NCBI GenBank assembly: GCA_034432955.1
Contig: DAOUBB010000009.1
Span: 24,347-88,346, forward strand
DNA from: Anaerolineae bacterium
Lineage (GTDB): Bacteria > Chloroflexota > Anaerolineae > DUEN01
DNA: 64,000 nt
Direction: 5' to 3'
Positions 9,679-18,746 of this stretch are shown here, piece by piece. The notes under the pieces are model-generated. The model was not told where the DNA came from. It saw only the letters and a list, made by a program, of their open reading frames with translations, and did not search any database. The position numbers were made by a program, and so were the translations under genes. Within the stretch, counting starts at the first letter, position 1, and each line of letters opens with the position of its first letter.

Positions 9679-10470
9679 TCAACGCGTCCGGCCGGCCTGT
9701 CGCCGCTGGCGCACGGCCTCGAAGAGAATAACGCCCGCGGCCACCGCCAGGTTCAATGATTCGACATCCCCCGCCAAAGGAATGCGCACGCTCCCGGCTG
9801 CCAGGCGGGTGGCCTGCGCACCAGCGCCGCGCGCTTCTCCGCCTACGATGAGCACGCTCGGGCGGCACCAGTCCACCTCATCGTACAATCGCTCGCCCTT
9901 CGCATCGGCCAGCCACACCTGGCTTCCGGCCACGGCGCTGCGAATCCGCTCCCAACTGCCCCAGGCCAGCGGCACGCGGAAATGCGCCCCCATCCCCGCC
10001 CGCACAGCCTTCGGGTTGAACGGATCGCTGGTTCCCGGCGTGAACCACACCTGGCCCACGCCCGCGCCGGCTGCGACCCGCAAGACTGCGCCCAGATTGC
10101 CTGGATCGCGGATCTCGTCCAGGATCAGGAGGAGATCCGAACGCGGCGGCGCCGCCATGTCAGGAAACGGCAAAACGGCCACGATCCCCTGCGGGGTGAC
10201 TGTGTCGCTGAGGGCCTGCAAAACGTGATCCGCGGCCGCGTAGCAGGGGACGCCAGCCGCTTCCAACTCCGAGATCACTGCAGCGCCGGAGGATGTCACG
10301 CGCAGGGCGGGCTCATAAAAGACAAAAGCGGGGACGATCCCCGCTCTCCAGGCGTCTTCCACCAGACGTACGCCTTCGACACAAAATCGCCCCTCGCGGT
10401 AGCGCACGCGCCGGCGCTTCAACGAACGGGCGTATTTGACCTTTTCGTTCGACAAACTGGTGATCATCAT
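9679..10470 (-). CDS. TrmH/SpoU-family RNA 2-prime-O-methyltransferase (RlmB-like)
   Basis: SpoU motifs (LDEIRDPGNLGAVLR, GGEARG, SLNLAVA). ORF extends to 10653 but overlaps rplT, so the start is placed at internal MMITSL (10470). Confidence 0.7.
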   Translation of the reverse strand: MMITSLSNEKVKYARSLKRRRVRYREGRFCVEGVRLVEDAWRAGIVPAFVFYEPALRVTSSGAAVISELEAAGVPCYAAADHVLQALSDTVTPQGIVAVLPFPDMAAPPRSDLLLILDEIRDPGNLGAVLRVAAGAGVGQVWFTPGTSDPFNPKAVRAGMGAHFRVPLAWGSWERIRSAVAGSQVWLADAKGERLYDEVDWCRPSVLIVGGEARGAGAQATRLAAGSVRIPLAGDVESLNLAVAAGVILFEAVRQRRQAGRTR

Positions 10471-10478
10471 CGGGCCGG

Positions 10479-10832
10479 CTACAGGGCCGCCTTTGCCACC
10501 TCGACCACGCGCGCAAATGCCTGCTGGTCCGACACGGCCAGATCGGCCAACACTTTGCGATCGAGCGCCACATGGGCCTGATGCAATCCGTGCATCAGAC
10601 GGCTGTAGGACAGACCGTTCAAGCGAGCCGCCGCGTTGATGCGCGTGATCCACAGCCGTCGGAAATCGCGCTTGCGGTTGCGCCGATCGCGTGTGGCGTA
10701 TGCCAGGGCGTGCAACATGGCCTCGTTCGCACGCCGGAAAACCCGGTGACGGGCACCAAACTGCCCCTTGGTGATCTTCAAAACCTTTTTGTGGCGACGC
10801 CGCGTCACCACCCCGCCTTTCGTCCTGGGCAT
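10479..10832 (-). CDS. rplT: 50S ribosomal protein L20
   Basis: 117 aa [19 protein letters not shown]... canonical L20. Confidence 0.95.
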   Translation of the reverse strand: MPRTKGGVVTRRRHKKVLKITKGQFGARHRVFRRANEAMLHALAYATRDRRNRKRDFRRLWITRINAAARLNGLSYSRLMHGLHQAHVALDRKVLADLAVSDQQAFARVVEVAKAAL

Positions 10833-10855
10833 TGCTATCCCTCAGCTCTCTACGG

Positions 10856-11068
10856 TTATTTGCTCAAATACGGTGCCAGACGACGGATGCGCCGCTGGAA
10901 GCCTGGGCTTTCCACCATCAACGTCTTGTGATACTGAGCCTTCACCCGGTGTGACTTCTTGCGTCGTAGATGTCCCCGGCCCTGCTTCATGCGTACCAGC
11001 TTGCCACTGCCCGTGTAGCGGAACCGCTTCGCAGTGGATTTGTGCGTTTTGATCTTTGGCACGTCCAA
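10856..11068 (-). CDS. rpmI: 50S ribosomal protein L35
   Basis: [20 protein letters not shown] is canonical L35; start ATG or the adjacent GTG. Confidence 0.9.
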   Translation of the reverse strand: MDVPKIKTHKSTAKRFRYTGSGKLVRMKQGRGHLRRKKSHRVKAQYHKTLMVESPGFQRRIRRLAPYLSK

Positions 11069-11142
11069 TCCTCCTCAAAAAACAGGGGACCTGAAAAGGC
11101 CCCCCGGCGTTAGCTTCCACGCCCCACGTGATCAATCGAAGG

Positions 11143-11658
11143 CTACTTTTGGTTCGGAGCTAGGATCATCAGCAGGCTCGGCCCTTCCAAGGCAGGAGGC
11201 TGCTCGATCGTAGCAATATCTGCCAGCTCCTGTACAATGCGGTCCAACAGCTCTCGGCCTACCTCCGGATGCGTGATCTCGCGGCCGCGAAACCGCACTC
11301 GTATTTTCACTTTGGCGCCACTCTCCAGGAAACGGCGGACATCTCGCAGCTTGAAGGCAATATCGTGCTCGCCCGTCTTAGGCCGTAGGCGCACTTCCTT
11401 GACCTCGATCTGCTTCTGAGCACGCTTTGCCTCTCGTTCTCGTTTCGCTCGCTCATACTGGAACTTCCCGAAGTCCAACAGGCGACATACCGGTGGCACC
11501 GCATTCGGCGCGACTTCTACCAAATCCAGCCCTCGCTCCTGCGCCAGCGCGAGGGCCTGGCGCGTAGGCATGATCCCTACCTGCTTGCCGGTTTCGTCAA
11601 TCACCCGGACTTCGCGAACGCGGATTTCTTCGTTTACCCGGACAGTTTTGGCGCTAAT
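11143..11658 (-). CDS. infC: Translation initiation factor IF-3 with non-AUG (AUU) start
   Basis: Conserved IF3 N-terminus (KTVRVNEEIRVREVRVIDETGKQ) lies upstream of the first GTG/ATG. In-frame TAG stop immediately upstream leaves ATT at 11658-11656 as the only start consistent with the conserved N-terminus; AAGGTAGG SD-like element 5-9 nt upstream. Confidence 0.85.
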   Translation of the reverse strand: MSAKTVRVNEEIRVREVRVIDETGKQVGIMPTRQALALAQERGLDLVEVAPNAVPPVCRLLDFGKFQYERAKREREAKRAQKQIEVKEVRLRPKTGEHDIAFKLRDVRRFLESGAKVKIRVRFRGREITHPEVGRELLDRIVQELADIATIEQPPALEGPSLLMILAPNQK

Positions 11659-11928
11659 TGGGACCTACCTTTCGTGAGATTTCGGACGCCATTCGGCGCG
11701 GTTCCATCGCCAGAGAACACAAAGAGGCTCCTGGTCTCAGGGCCAAAACTATAGCAGATGTCAGCCCTGCTGTCAAATGTTGGACCGGTTGGTGCGAGGG
11801 CCACTCCTGAAGTTTGGCCATTTGGGCGGTAAGCAGGGGCAAAATGAGACGCCCCCACCACCAGATGTGGAGCTACCTACAGAGTTCAGCACGGTTGCCT
11901 GGTTTTTCATCGTAATATATAATTTGAT

Positions 11929-12667
11929 CATGCCTATTATGGATATTCCTCTCCAGGACATCCAGGTCCTCCAGCAGGTCCACCTCTTTCAAGGCCTTCA
12001 TCCAGGCGACCTGGCGATGATCGTCCGGGTTGCCCGGCATCGCCAGGTCGAGCGCGGCTTTTTCTTCTTCCTCGAAGGTGACCCGGCCACGCATCTCTAC
12101 ATCCTCACCCACGGGCAGGTGAAACTGGCTCAGCTCACGCCTGAAGGCCAGCAGGTGATTCTGCGCTTCGCCTGCCCCGGTGAGATGTTCGGGGGGATCG
12201 CCGTCCTGGGCGTTCCGGAATACCCGGTCTCCGCCGAGGCGGTGGACGATTGTCGGGCGCTGGCGTGGGATGGGGAGACGATGGCGCAGCTCATGGAGCA
12301 ATGCCCACGCCTGGCGATGAATGCCCTTCACCTGTTGGCCAAACGCGTTCAAGAGCTGCAAGATCGTCTCAGGGAAATGACGACGGAACGGGTGGAACGC
12401 CGCGTCGCCCGCACGTTGTTGCGGCTGATTCGGCAGGTGGGGCGTAAAGTCGAAGGCGGAGTATTGATTGACCTTCCCCTCTCCCGTCAGGATCTGGCGG
12501 AGCTGACCGGCACCACCCTGTACACCGTCAGCCGTATCCTCAGCCGCTGGGAACAGGAGGGCCTGATCGAGAGCGGACGGGCGCGGGTCCTCGTCCGCCA
12601 CCCACACGGTCTGGTGACCATCGCCGAAGATCTGCCCCTTGACCACTCTTCCGAAGGCCAATTGTGA
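11929..12667 (+). CDS. Crp/Fnr-family transcriptional regulator (Dnr/NnrR-like; no FNR Cys cluster)
   Basis: cNMP-binding-like N-domain plus C-terminal HTH (LSRQDLAELTGTTLYTVSRIL). Start taken at MPIMDIP (11929) rather than ORF start 11777. Confidence 0.8.
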
Positions 12668-12693
12668 AAGATAGGGCAATTTAGCCCGCCTTA

Positions 12694-12709
12694 TTTGCGC
12701 TGGCGCAAA
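12694..12709. promoter_or_regulatory. Crp/Fnr-type box TTTGCGC-TG-GCGCAAA (TTG-N8-CAA) upstream of nosZ
   Basis: Near-perfect 7+2+7 palindrome, centre 12701.5; TATCTT -10 candidate at 12731-12736, 29.5 bp downstream, giving class II (-41.5) geometry. Flank CTTATTTG...CAAAGAC recurs at 19931-19953. Confidence 0.55.
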
Positions 12710-12798
12710 GACCTCCTCTCCGATTTCGGGTATCTTGAAGACAGCGAGGCTCCATTGCTGGCGCTCATTCTTTCATCCAGTCGAGAGAGGAGGTTGCG

Positions 12799-14835
12799 AT
12801 GCAAGGCAAGACTTGGCAGAGGTACCTTCCTATCGCGGCCGTCGCCGTGATCATCGTGATCGTCCTGGCTGCCGTCCTGGTGATCGTCCGGCAGCCAGCG
12901 GAAGAAGCAACAGCCCCGGAGGCTACTGAGCCGGTGGCCGTGAACGTGTCCGGCGATGCCGCGGCCATCGCCCAGGAGCGCGGGCTGACCCCTGACGATG
13001 TGGTGGCCGCGCTGAAGACCTACGTCCCCACCGGCAAGCACGACGAGTACGTCATGTTCTCCTCAGGCGGGCACTCGGGACAGGTGTTGGTCATCGGCAT
13101 CCCCTCGATGCGCCTGCTCAAGGTGATCGGCGTCTTCACTCCGGAGCCATGGCAAGGGTGGGGTTATTCCAAGGAAACCCAAGAGGTCCTGGCTGAGGGC
13201 AACGTCAACGGTCAGGCCATCACTTGGGCGGACACCCACCATCCATCCCTCAGCGAGACGGATGGCGAGTACGATGGCCAGTGGCTCTTCATCGGCGATA
13301 AGGCCAACTCCCGCGTCGCCGTCATTGATCTGCGCGACTTCGAGACCAAGCAGATCGTCAAGAACCCCATCGCCATCAACGATCACGGGGGAACCTTCGT
13401 CACGCCCAACACCGAGTGGGTGGTCGAGGGCGGACAGTATGCCACGCCGCTGGGCTGGAAGTATGCCCCCATCAGCGAGTATGCTCAGAATTATCGCGGC
13501 TCGATCACCTTTTGGAAGTTCGATCGTGAGAAGGGCCGCATCATCCCAGAAGAGTCCTTCGCGATGGAGCTGCCACCCTACTGGCAGGACCTGTGCGACG
13601 CCGGCAAGAAGGTGAGCGAGGGCTGGATCTTCTGCAACTCCTTCAACACCGAGATGGCCACCGGCGGCATCGAGGCCGGCAATCCCCCCTTCGAGGCCGG
13701 CGCCTCACAGCGGGACATGGATTACCTGCATATCATCAACCTGAAGAAGGCTGCCGAGGTGGCCGCGGCTGGCAAGACAGAACTGGTCAACGGCTTTCAG
13801 GTGATCCCGCTCAGCACCTCCATCGCTGAGGGGTTGCTCTACTTCGCGCCGGAGCCGAAGAGCCCCCACGGCGTGGACGTGGCGCCGGGCGGCGACTACT
13901 TGGTCGTCGGCGGCAAGCTGGACCCCCACGTGACGGTGTACAGCTTCCAGAAGATCCAGGACGCCATCGCCAAGGGGCCGGCCGAGAAGGACCAGTACGG
14001 TGTGCCTATCCTCAAGCTGGACGACGTGATGGAAGCCCAGGTCGAGCTGGGGTTGGGGCCATTGCACACTCAGTTCGATGACAAAGGCTATGCCTACACC
14101 AGCCTGTTCCTGGACAGCGCGGTGGCCCGCTGGACGCTGGGCGGCCCGTATCAGGAAAAACACAGCGACCCCGCCTGGTCGCTGGTCAGCAAGCTTCCCG
14201 TTCACTATAACATCGGCCATCTGGCGGCCGCCGAGGGCGATACCGTCAGCCCCGACGGCAGATACCTGGTCGCCCTCAACAAGTGGTCGGTGGACCGGTT
14301 TGTGAACGTGGGGCCCTTGCTCCCCCAGAACTTCCAGCTCGTGGACATCTCCCAGCCGGGCGACAAACTACAGCTCCTGTACGACATGCCGATCGGCATC
14401 GGCGAGCCTCACTATGCTCAGATCATCAAGGCCGACAAGCTCAAAGCCTGGGAAGTGTATCCGGAGATCGGCTGGAACCCGCGCACGCAGTCGAAGGATC
14501 CGAACGCGGTGGAAGCCGGCCAAGAGCGGATCGAGCGTCGCGGCAACACGGTGGAGATCTGGATGACGGCCGTGCGCAGCCACTACACGCCGGAACGAGT
14601 GGAAATCAAGAAGGGCGATCACGTGATCTGGCACATCACTAACATCGAGCGGGCGCGCGATGCAACGCACGGCTTCGCCTTGCCAGGGTACAACATCAAT
14701 CTAAGCCTGGAGCCAGGCGAGACGGCCACCATCGAGTTCGACGCAACGCAGGATGGCGTGTTCACGTATTACTGCACGGAGTTCTGCTCAGCGTTGCACC
14801 TGGAGATGACGGGATACCTCCTGGTGCAGCCGTAG
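12799..14835 (+). CDS. nosZ: Nitrous-oxide reductase, clade II (Sec-type signal, no Tat motif)
   Basis: 678 aa; hydrophobic N-terminal signal without RR. C-terminal CuA cupredoxin signature HGFALPGYNINLSLEPGETATIEFDA...YYCTEFCSALHLEMTGYLLV. No C-terminal cytochrome domain. Confidence 0.95.
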   Translation: MQGKTWQRYLPIAAVAVIIVIVLAAVLVIVRQPAEEATAPEATEPVAVNVSGDAAAIAQERGLTPDDVVAALKTYVPTGKHDEYVMFSSGGHSGQVLVIGIPSMRLLKVIGVFTPEPWQGWGYSKETQEVLAEGNVNGQAITWADTHHPSLSETDGEYDGQWLFIGDKANSRVAVIDLRDFETKQIVKNPIAINDHGGTFVTPNTEWVVEGGQYATPLGWKYAPISEYAQNYRGSITFWKFDREKGRIIPEESFAMELPPYWQDLCDAGKKVSEGWIFCNSFNTEMATGGIEAGNPPFEAGASQRDMDYLHIINLKKAAEVAAAGKTELVNGFQVIPLSTSIAEGLLYFAPEPKSPHGVDVAPGGDYLVVGGKLDPHVTVYSFQKIQDAIAKGPAEKDQYGVPILKLDDVMEAQVELGLGPLHTQFDDKGYAYTSLFLDSAVARWTLGGPYQEKHSDPAWSLVSKLPVHYNIGHLAAAEGDTVSPDGRYLVALNKWSVDRFVNVGPLLPQNFQLVDISQPGDKLQLLYDMPIGIGEPHYAQIIKADKLKAWEVYPEIGWNPRTQSKDPNAVEAGQERIERRGNTVEIWMTAVRSHYTPERVEIKKGDHVIWHITNIERARDATHGFALPGYNINLSLEPGETATIEFDATQDGVFTYYCTEFCSALHLEMTGYLLVQP

Positions 14836-14845
14836 TGGGACGATA

Positions 14846-14890
14846 GACGAAGGACGAAAGACGTTAGCCCATAGTCTTTCGTCCTTCGTC
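14846..14890. repeat. Intra-operon hairpin (GACGAAGGACGAAAGAC / GTCTTTCGTCCTTCGTC), member of a dispersed GACGAAGG repeat family
   Basis: 17-bp perfect inverted repeat with 11-nt loop between nosZ stop and nosB start; AAGGAGG SD for nosB follows directly. Confidence 0.5.
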
Positions 14891-14906
14891 CAAGGAGGGT
14901 GAACCT

Positions 14907-15584
14907 GTGGTGATCCAGAAGGGGGCGTTGGAGAAGTTCATCGGGCCGCGCCCACCCGCCGAGCAGATGGCTCAGGACCGCCTGCGCTATCTACTGCCCA
15001 CGGTCTTTCTGGGGCTGGCGGCGTTCTGCCTGCTGGTGTCCATCTTCGTGCCCTACTGGCGCATGAAGCTGCTGGCCCCGCAGTATCCCCGCGGGCTGCA
15101 GATTCAGGTCTACGTCAACCGGCTAACGGGGGATGTGCGAGAGATTGACGGGCTGAACCACTACATCGGGATGCGCCCCCTGGGCGAGGCCGCCCAACTG
15201 GAGCGCTCATTGAGCATCTTCGCCATCGCCGTGCTCTCGCTGCTGGTGATCGCGGCCATCTATGTGCACAACCAGTGGGCGGCCTTGCTGTCGTTACCGG
15301 CATTGCTCTTCCCGGTCATTTTCCTGGGGGATCTCTACTTCTGGCTGTGGAACTTCGGCCAGAACCTGGACCCGAAAGCGCCGCTGAGCAGCGCTATCAA
15401 GCCCTTCGTGCCGCCGGTATTGGGCGAGGGTGTGGTCGGCCAGTTTCGAACGATCGCCGCGGTTGACCGGGGATTCTATCTGGCTATCCTGGCCTCTGTA
15501 CTCATCCTGTTCGGCCTGTACTTTCACCGGCGCGCGTACAAACCGTTGGTGGATGCGGAGCGCCAACATTCGGCTGAAGGATAG
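14907..15584 (+). CDS. nosB: NosB-like integral membrane protein (gene immediately after nosZ, as in clade II clusters)
   Basis: 225 aa with multiple TM helices; GTG start preceded by AAGGAGG; position matches nosB. Confidence 0.55.
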   Translation: MVIQKGALEKFIGPRPPAEQMAQDRLRYLLPTVFLGLAAFCLLVSIFVPYWRMKLLAPQYPRGLQIQVYVNRLTGDVREIDGLNHYIGMRPLGEAAQLERSLSIFAIAVLSLLVIAAIYVHNQWAALLSLPALLFPVIFLGDLYFWLWNFGQNLDPKAPLSSAIKPFVPPVLGEGVVGQFRTIAAVDRGFYLAILASVLILFGLYFHRRAYKPLVDAERQHSAEG

Positions 15585-15588
15585 CGAT

Positions 15589-17916
15589 ATGGGACGGCTC
15601 CTCCGTCTCGCTCTGCTCGCGTGGATCCTCCTGGGCTGGCTCTGGCCGGCGCCGGTGATCGCTGCCCAGGAGCCGTGGCGGCCCCTCGTCGTCTCGCCGC
15701 AGGGGCCGTACACGACGCTAGCCGAGGCCCTGGCCGCAGCCCAGGATGGCGATACCATCGAGGTGCACGGGGGGAGCTACCCTGGCCCCCTGACTGTTGA
15801 CCGACGCGTCACGCTCATCGGCTACGACTGGCCAGTGATCGACGGCGGCGGGCAGGGCACGGTGGTTAAGCTCACCGCGCCGGGCATCGTGTTCCAAGGC
15901 TTCGTGGTCCGAAATAGCGGCGACTCGCTAGAGGAGGAGAACTCTGGCATCGCCGTGGAGGCGCCTGGGATCATCGTCGAAGGCAATCGGCTGGAGGAGA
16001 CGCTGTTCGGCATCTACCTGAGCCAGGCCCACGGCAGCTCGATCCTGGGCAACGTGATCCAGAGCAAAGATCTGCCCCTGCCGCGCCGGGGCGACGCGAT
16101 CCGCATCTGGTACAGCGACCGCGTGCGCATCGAAGGGAACACAGTGGAGCGCGGCCGGGATGCCGTCCTCTGGTACTCGAAGGGCCTGATCCTGCGCGAC
16201 AACACGCTTCGGGGCGGGCGGTATGGCCTGCACTTCATGTACTGCGACGATGCTCTGATCGAGGGGAACGTCATCACCGACAACTCGGTGGGCGTCTTTT
16301 TGATGTACAGCCGCCGCCTGCACCTACGCCGCAACATCCTGGCCCACCATCGCGGCCCCAGCGGCTACGGCATCGGCCTCAAGGACATGGACGACGCGGC
16401 GATCGAGGAGAACCTGCTGCTGGATAATCGCGTGGGGGCCTTCGTGGACAATTCGCCGCGGGAGATCGAGAGCATCGGCCTGTTCCGCCGAAACGTGTTC
16501 GCCTTCAACGACATCGGCATCAGCCTGCTGCCGTCGGTGCGCCGCAACCACTTCGTGGAGAACAGCTTCGTGGAGAATCAGGAGCAGGTGGACGTGGCCG
16601 GCGGCGGGCAACTGGAAGGGAATCTGTGGACGGTGGACGGGCGCGGCAATTACTGGAGCGACTACGCCGGCTTCGACGCGGACGGCGACGGGGTGGGGGA
16701 CGTGCCCTACCGGGCCGAGCGGCTGTTCGAGAACCTGATGGATCGGCACCCGGAGCTGCGGCTGTTCCTCTACAGCCCAGCGGCCCAGGCGGTGGATTTC
16801 GCCGCCCAGGCCTTTCCCCTGGTCAAGCCGCAGCCGAAGCTGACGGACACCCGCCCGTTGACGGCGCCGGTGATCCCGGAAGGACTTCCCCCTCTGGCCC
16901 CACCCTCACGCCAGCCGCTAGGGATCGCCTCAGCCGGCCTGCTGGCGGTGGCGGTGACGTTGACCTTCCTCGCGCGTCGGACGACAGACGATCGGTTGAA
17001 GACGAGGGATGAGGGACGAGGGACGAAGGCCTTGGGCTCGCCGTCCGCCGTCCGTCGTCCGTCCCCTGCCCCTTCACCGGGGCGAACGCTCGACTCTGAG
17101 CAATCAGGATGGAACGCGATGGTGCACGTACGCGAGCTGACCAAGCGATTCGGCCCTTTGGTGGCCGTGGACCGCCTTTCGTTCGAGGTGATGCCTGGCG
17201 AGGCGGTGGCGCTCTGGGGGCCGAACGGCGCTGGCAAGACGACGGCGTTGCGCTGCCTGCTCGGCCTCTTGCCGTTCGAGGGAATGATCCGGGTGGGCGG
17301 CTATGACGTGACACTCCAGGGCAAGGAGGCGCGTCGGCTAGTGGGGTTTGTGCCCCAGGAGCTGAACTTCCACGATGACCTGGCGGTGCGCGAGACCTTG
17401 CGCTTCTATGCTCGCCTGAAGAAGGCGCCCCTGGAACGGATTGACAAGGCCCTGGAGCGTATCGGCCTGACAAGGCACGCCCACAAGCCGGTGAAAGACC
17501 TATCGGGAGGGATGAAGCAGCGCCTGGCCCTGGCCGTGGCCTTGCTGGCCGACCCGCCACTGCTAGTGCTCGATGAACCGACGGCCAACCTGGACGCGCG
17601 CTCACGCCAGGAGCTCCTGACGTTGTTAGGAGAGCTCAAGGCCGCCGGCAAAACCCTGATCTTCTCCTCGCATCGGCTGGGCGAAGTGGTCAAGTTGGCC
17701 GACCGCGTCCTGGTCCTGGAGGATGGGCGGCTGGTGACGGACTGCCTGGTGCGCGAGTGGGTGGAGGCCAGAGGCTGGAGGTTAGATGCTGGAAACTCGA
17801 GATCGGGCATGGAAGGTTACCAGAGCCGCCTGGCCTCGCCGGAAGGCTCGCCGGGCTTTAACGGCTCCGCTCCGGCCCCCGATCTCCATGCTCTGCCGAG
17901 AGGCGAACTCGAATGA
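15589..17916 (+). CDS. nosD: NosD (periplasmic copper-binding beta-helix) continuing in frame through a TM helix into NosF (ABC ATPase): apparent NosD-TM-NosF fusion
   Basis: One uninterrupted ORF. NosD domain has signal peptide LLAWILLGWLWPAPVIAA and beta-helix repeats; hydrophobic segment PLGIASAGLLAVAVTLTFLA; basic linker RRTTDDRLKTRDEGRGTK. Then NosF with Walker A GPNGAGKTT, signature LSGGMKQRL, Walker B LLVLDEPT. Confidence 0.7.
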   Translation: MGRLLRLALLAWILLGWLWPAPVIAAQEPWRPLVVSPQGPYTTLAEALAAAQDGDTIEVHGGSYPGPLTVDRRVTLIGYDWPVIDGGGQGTVVKLTAPGIVFQGFVVRNSGDSLEEENSGIAVEAPGIIVEGNRLEETLFGIYLSQAHGSSILGNVIQSKDLPLPRRGDAIRIWYSDRVRIEGNTVERGRDAVLWYSKGLILRDNTLRGGRYGLHFMYCDDALIEGNVITDNSVGVFLMYSRRLHLRRNILAHHRGPSGYGIGLKDMDDAAIEENLLLDNRVGAFVDNSPREIESIGLFRRNVFAFNDIGISLLPSVRRNHFVENSFVENQEQVDVAGGGQLEGNLWTVDGRGNYWSDYAGFDADGDGVGDVPYRAERLFENLMDRHPELRLFLYSPAAQAVDFAAQAFPLVKPQPKLTDTRPLTAPVIPEGLPPLAPPSRQPLGIASAGLLAVAVTLTFLARRTTDDRLKTRDEGRGTKALGSPSAVRRPSPAPSPGRTLDSEQSGWNAMVHVRELTKRFGPLVAVDRLSFEVMPGEAVALWGPNGAGKTTALRCLLGLLPFEGMIRVGGYDVTLQGKEARRLVGFVPQELNFHDDLAVRETLRFYARLKKAPLERIDKALERIGLTRHAHKPVKDLSGGMKQRLALAVALLADPPLLVLDEPTANLDARSRQELLTLLGELKAAGKTLIFSSHRLGEVVKLADRVLVLEDGRLVTDCLVREWVEARGWRLDAGNSRSGMEGYQSRLASPEGSPGFNGSAPAPDLHALPRGELE
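17119..17916 (+). CDS. nosF: NosF ABC-transporter ATP-binding domain; alternative independent start inside the nosD-nosF ORF
   Basis: ATG at 17119 preceded by AGGA about 9 nt upstream (MVHVRELTKRFG...); if used, NosF would also be made as a separate protein. Confidence 0.45.
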   Translation: MVHVRELTKRFGPLVAVDRLSFEVMPGEAVALWGPNGAGKTTALRCLLGLLPFEGMIRVGGYDVTLQGKEARRLVGFVPQELNFHDDLAVRETLRFYARLKKAPLERIDKALERIGLTRHAHKPVKDLSGGMKQRLALAVALLADPPLLVLDEPTANLDARSRQELLTLLGELKAAGKTLIFSSHRLGEVVKLADRVLVLEDGRLVTDCLVREWVEARGWRLDAGNSRSGMEGYQSRLASPEGSPGFNGSAPAPDLHALPRGELE

Positions 17917-18746
17917 TGGACCTGGCGAACATTCTCGTGCTGACCCATAAAGAGCTGCGCGATGCGCACCGCAATCGCTGGTTCGTGCTGTACTCGGTCG
18001 CCTTCGCCGCCCTGGCTCTGGCGCTGGCGGGGCTGAGCCTGTCGGGTGTAGGGAATTACGGTTTTGCCGGGCTGGGTCGGACCGGAGCCAGCCTCATCAA
18101 CCTGGTGCTGCTGATCGTGCCGCTGATGGGGCTGAGCCTGGGCGCGCTCAGCCTGGCAGGGGAGCGGGAGCGCGGCACCTTGCTGTACTTGCTCGCCCAG
18201 CCGGTCACCCAGCTCGAGGTATTGATGGGCAAATACCTGGGCCTGGGCCTGGCCCTGTCGGCCGCGCTGACGCTGGGATTTGGCCTCAGCGGGCTGTGGA
18301 TCGCCTGGCGGGGCGGCGCCGCTCAGGCGCGGGAATATCTGGCGCTGGTGATCCTGGCCTACCTGCTGGCCCTTGCCAGCCTGAGCCTGGGATTTCTGAT
18401 CTCTGCTGCCGTGCGGAGGGGAGCGACGGCGATCGGCCTGGCGCTCTTCGCATGGCTGGCGCTCGTCTTCTTCGGCGACCTGGGCCTGATGGGCACCGCG
18501 CTGACGCTCCGCCTGAAGGCGGACGTTCTGTTGGCGTTGGCCCTCCTGAACCCATTGCAGGTGTTTAAGATGGCCGCCATTCTCACCATCCGAAGCAGCC
18601 TGGAAGTGCTGGGGCCGGCGGGTCTGTACGCGCTGCGCATGTATGGCACCCGGCTGATGCCGCTCTTGCTTACGATCCTGACGGCCTGGGTCGTCCTCCC
18701 GATGAGCCTGACCTTTCTCATCTTGCGACAGCGAGGGGCGTTATGA
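17913..18746 (+). CDS. nosY: NosY ABC-2 type permease
   Basis: 277-aa polytopic membrane protein; ATGA overlap with nosF stop; position in nos cluster. Confidence 0.8.
   Translation: MMDLANILVLTHKELRDAHRNRWFVLYSVAFAALALALAGLSLSGVGNYGFAGLGRTGASLINLVLLIVPLMGLSLGALSLAGERERGTLLYLLAQPVTQLEVLMGKYLGLGLALSAALTLGFGLSGLWIAWRGGAAQAREYLALVILAYLLALASLSLGFLISAAVRRGATAIGLALFAWLALVFFGDLGLMGTALTLRLKADVLLALALLNPLQVFKMAAILTIRSSLEVLGPAGLYALRMYGTRLMPLLLTILTAWVVLPMSLTFLILRQRGAL

Noticed and set aside
16823-17605. 260-aa minus-strand ORF inside nosD-nosF
   Set aside because: Antisense to strongly supported nos genes; Pro/Arg/Ser-rich, no start context.
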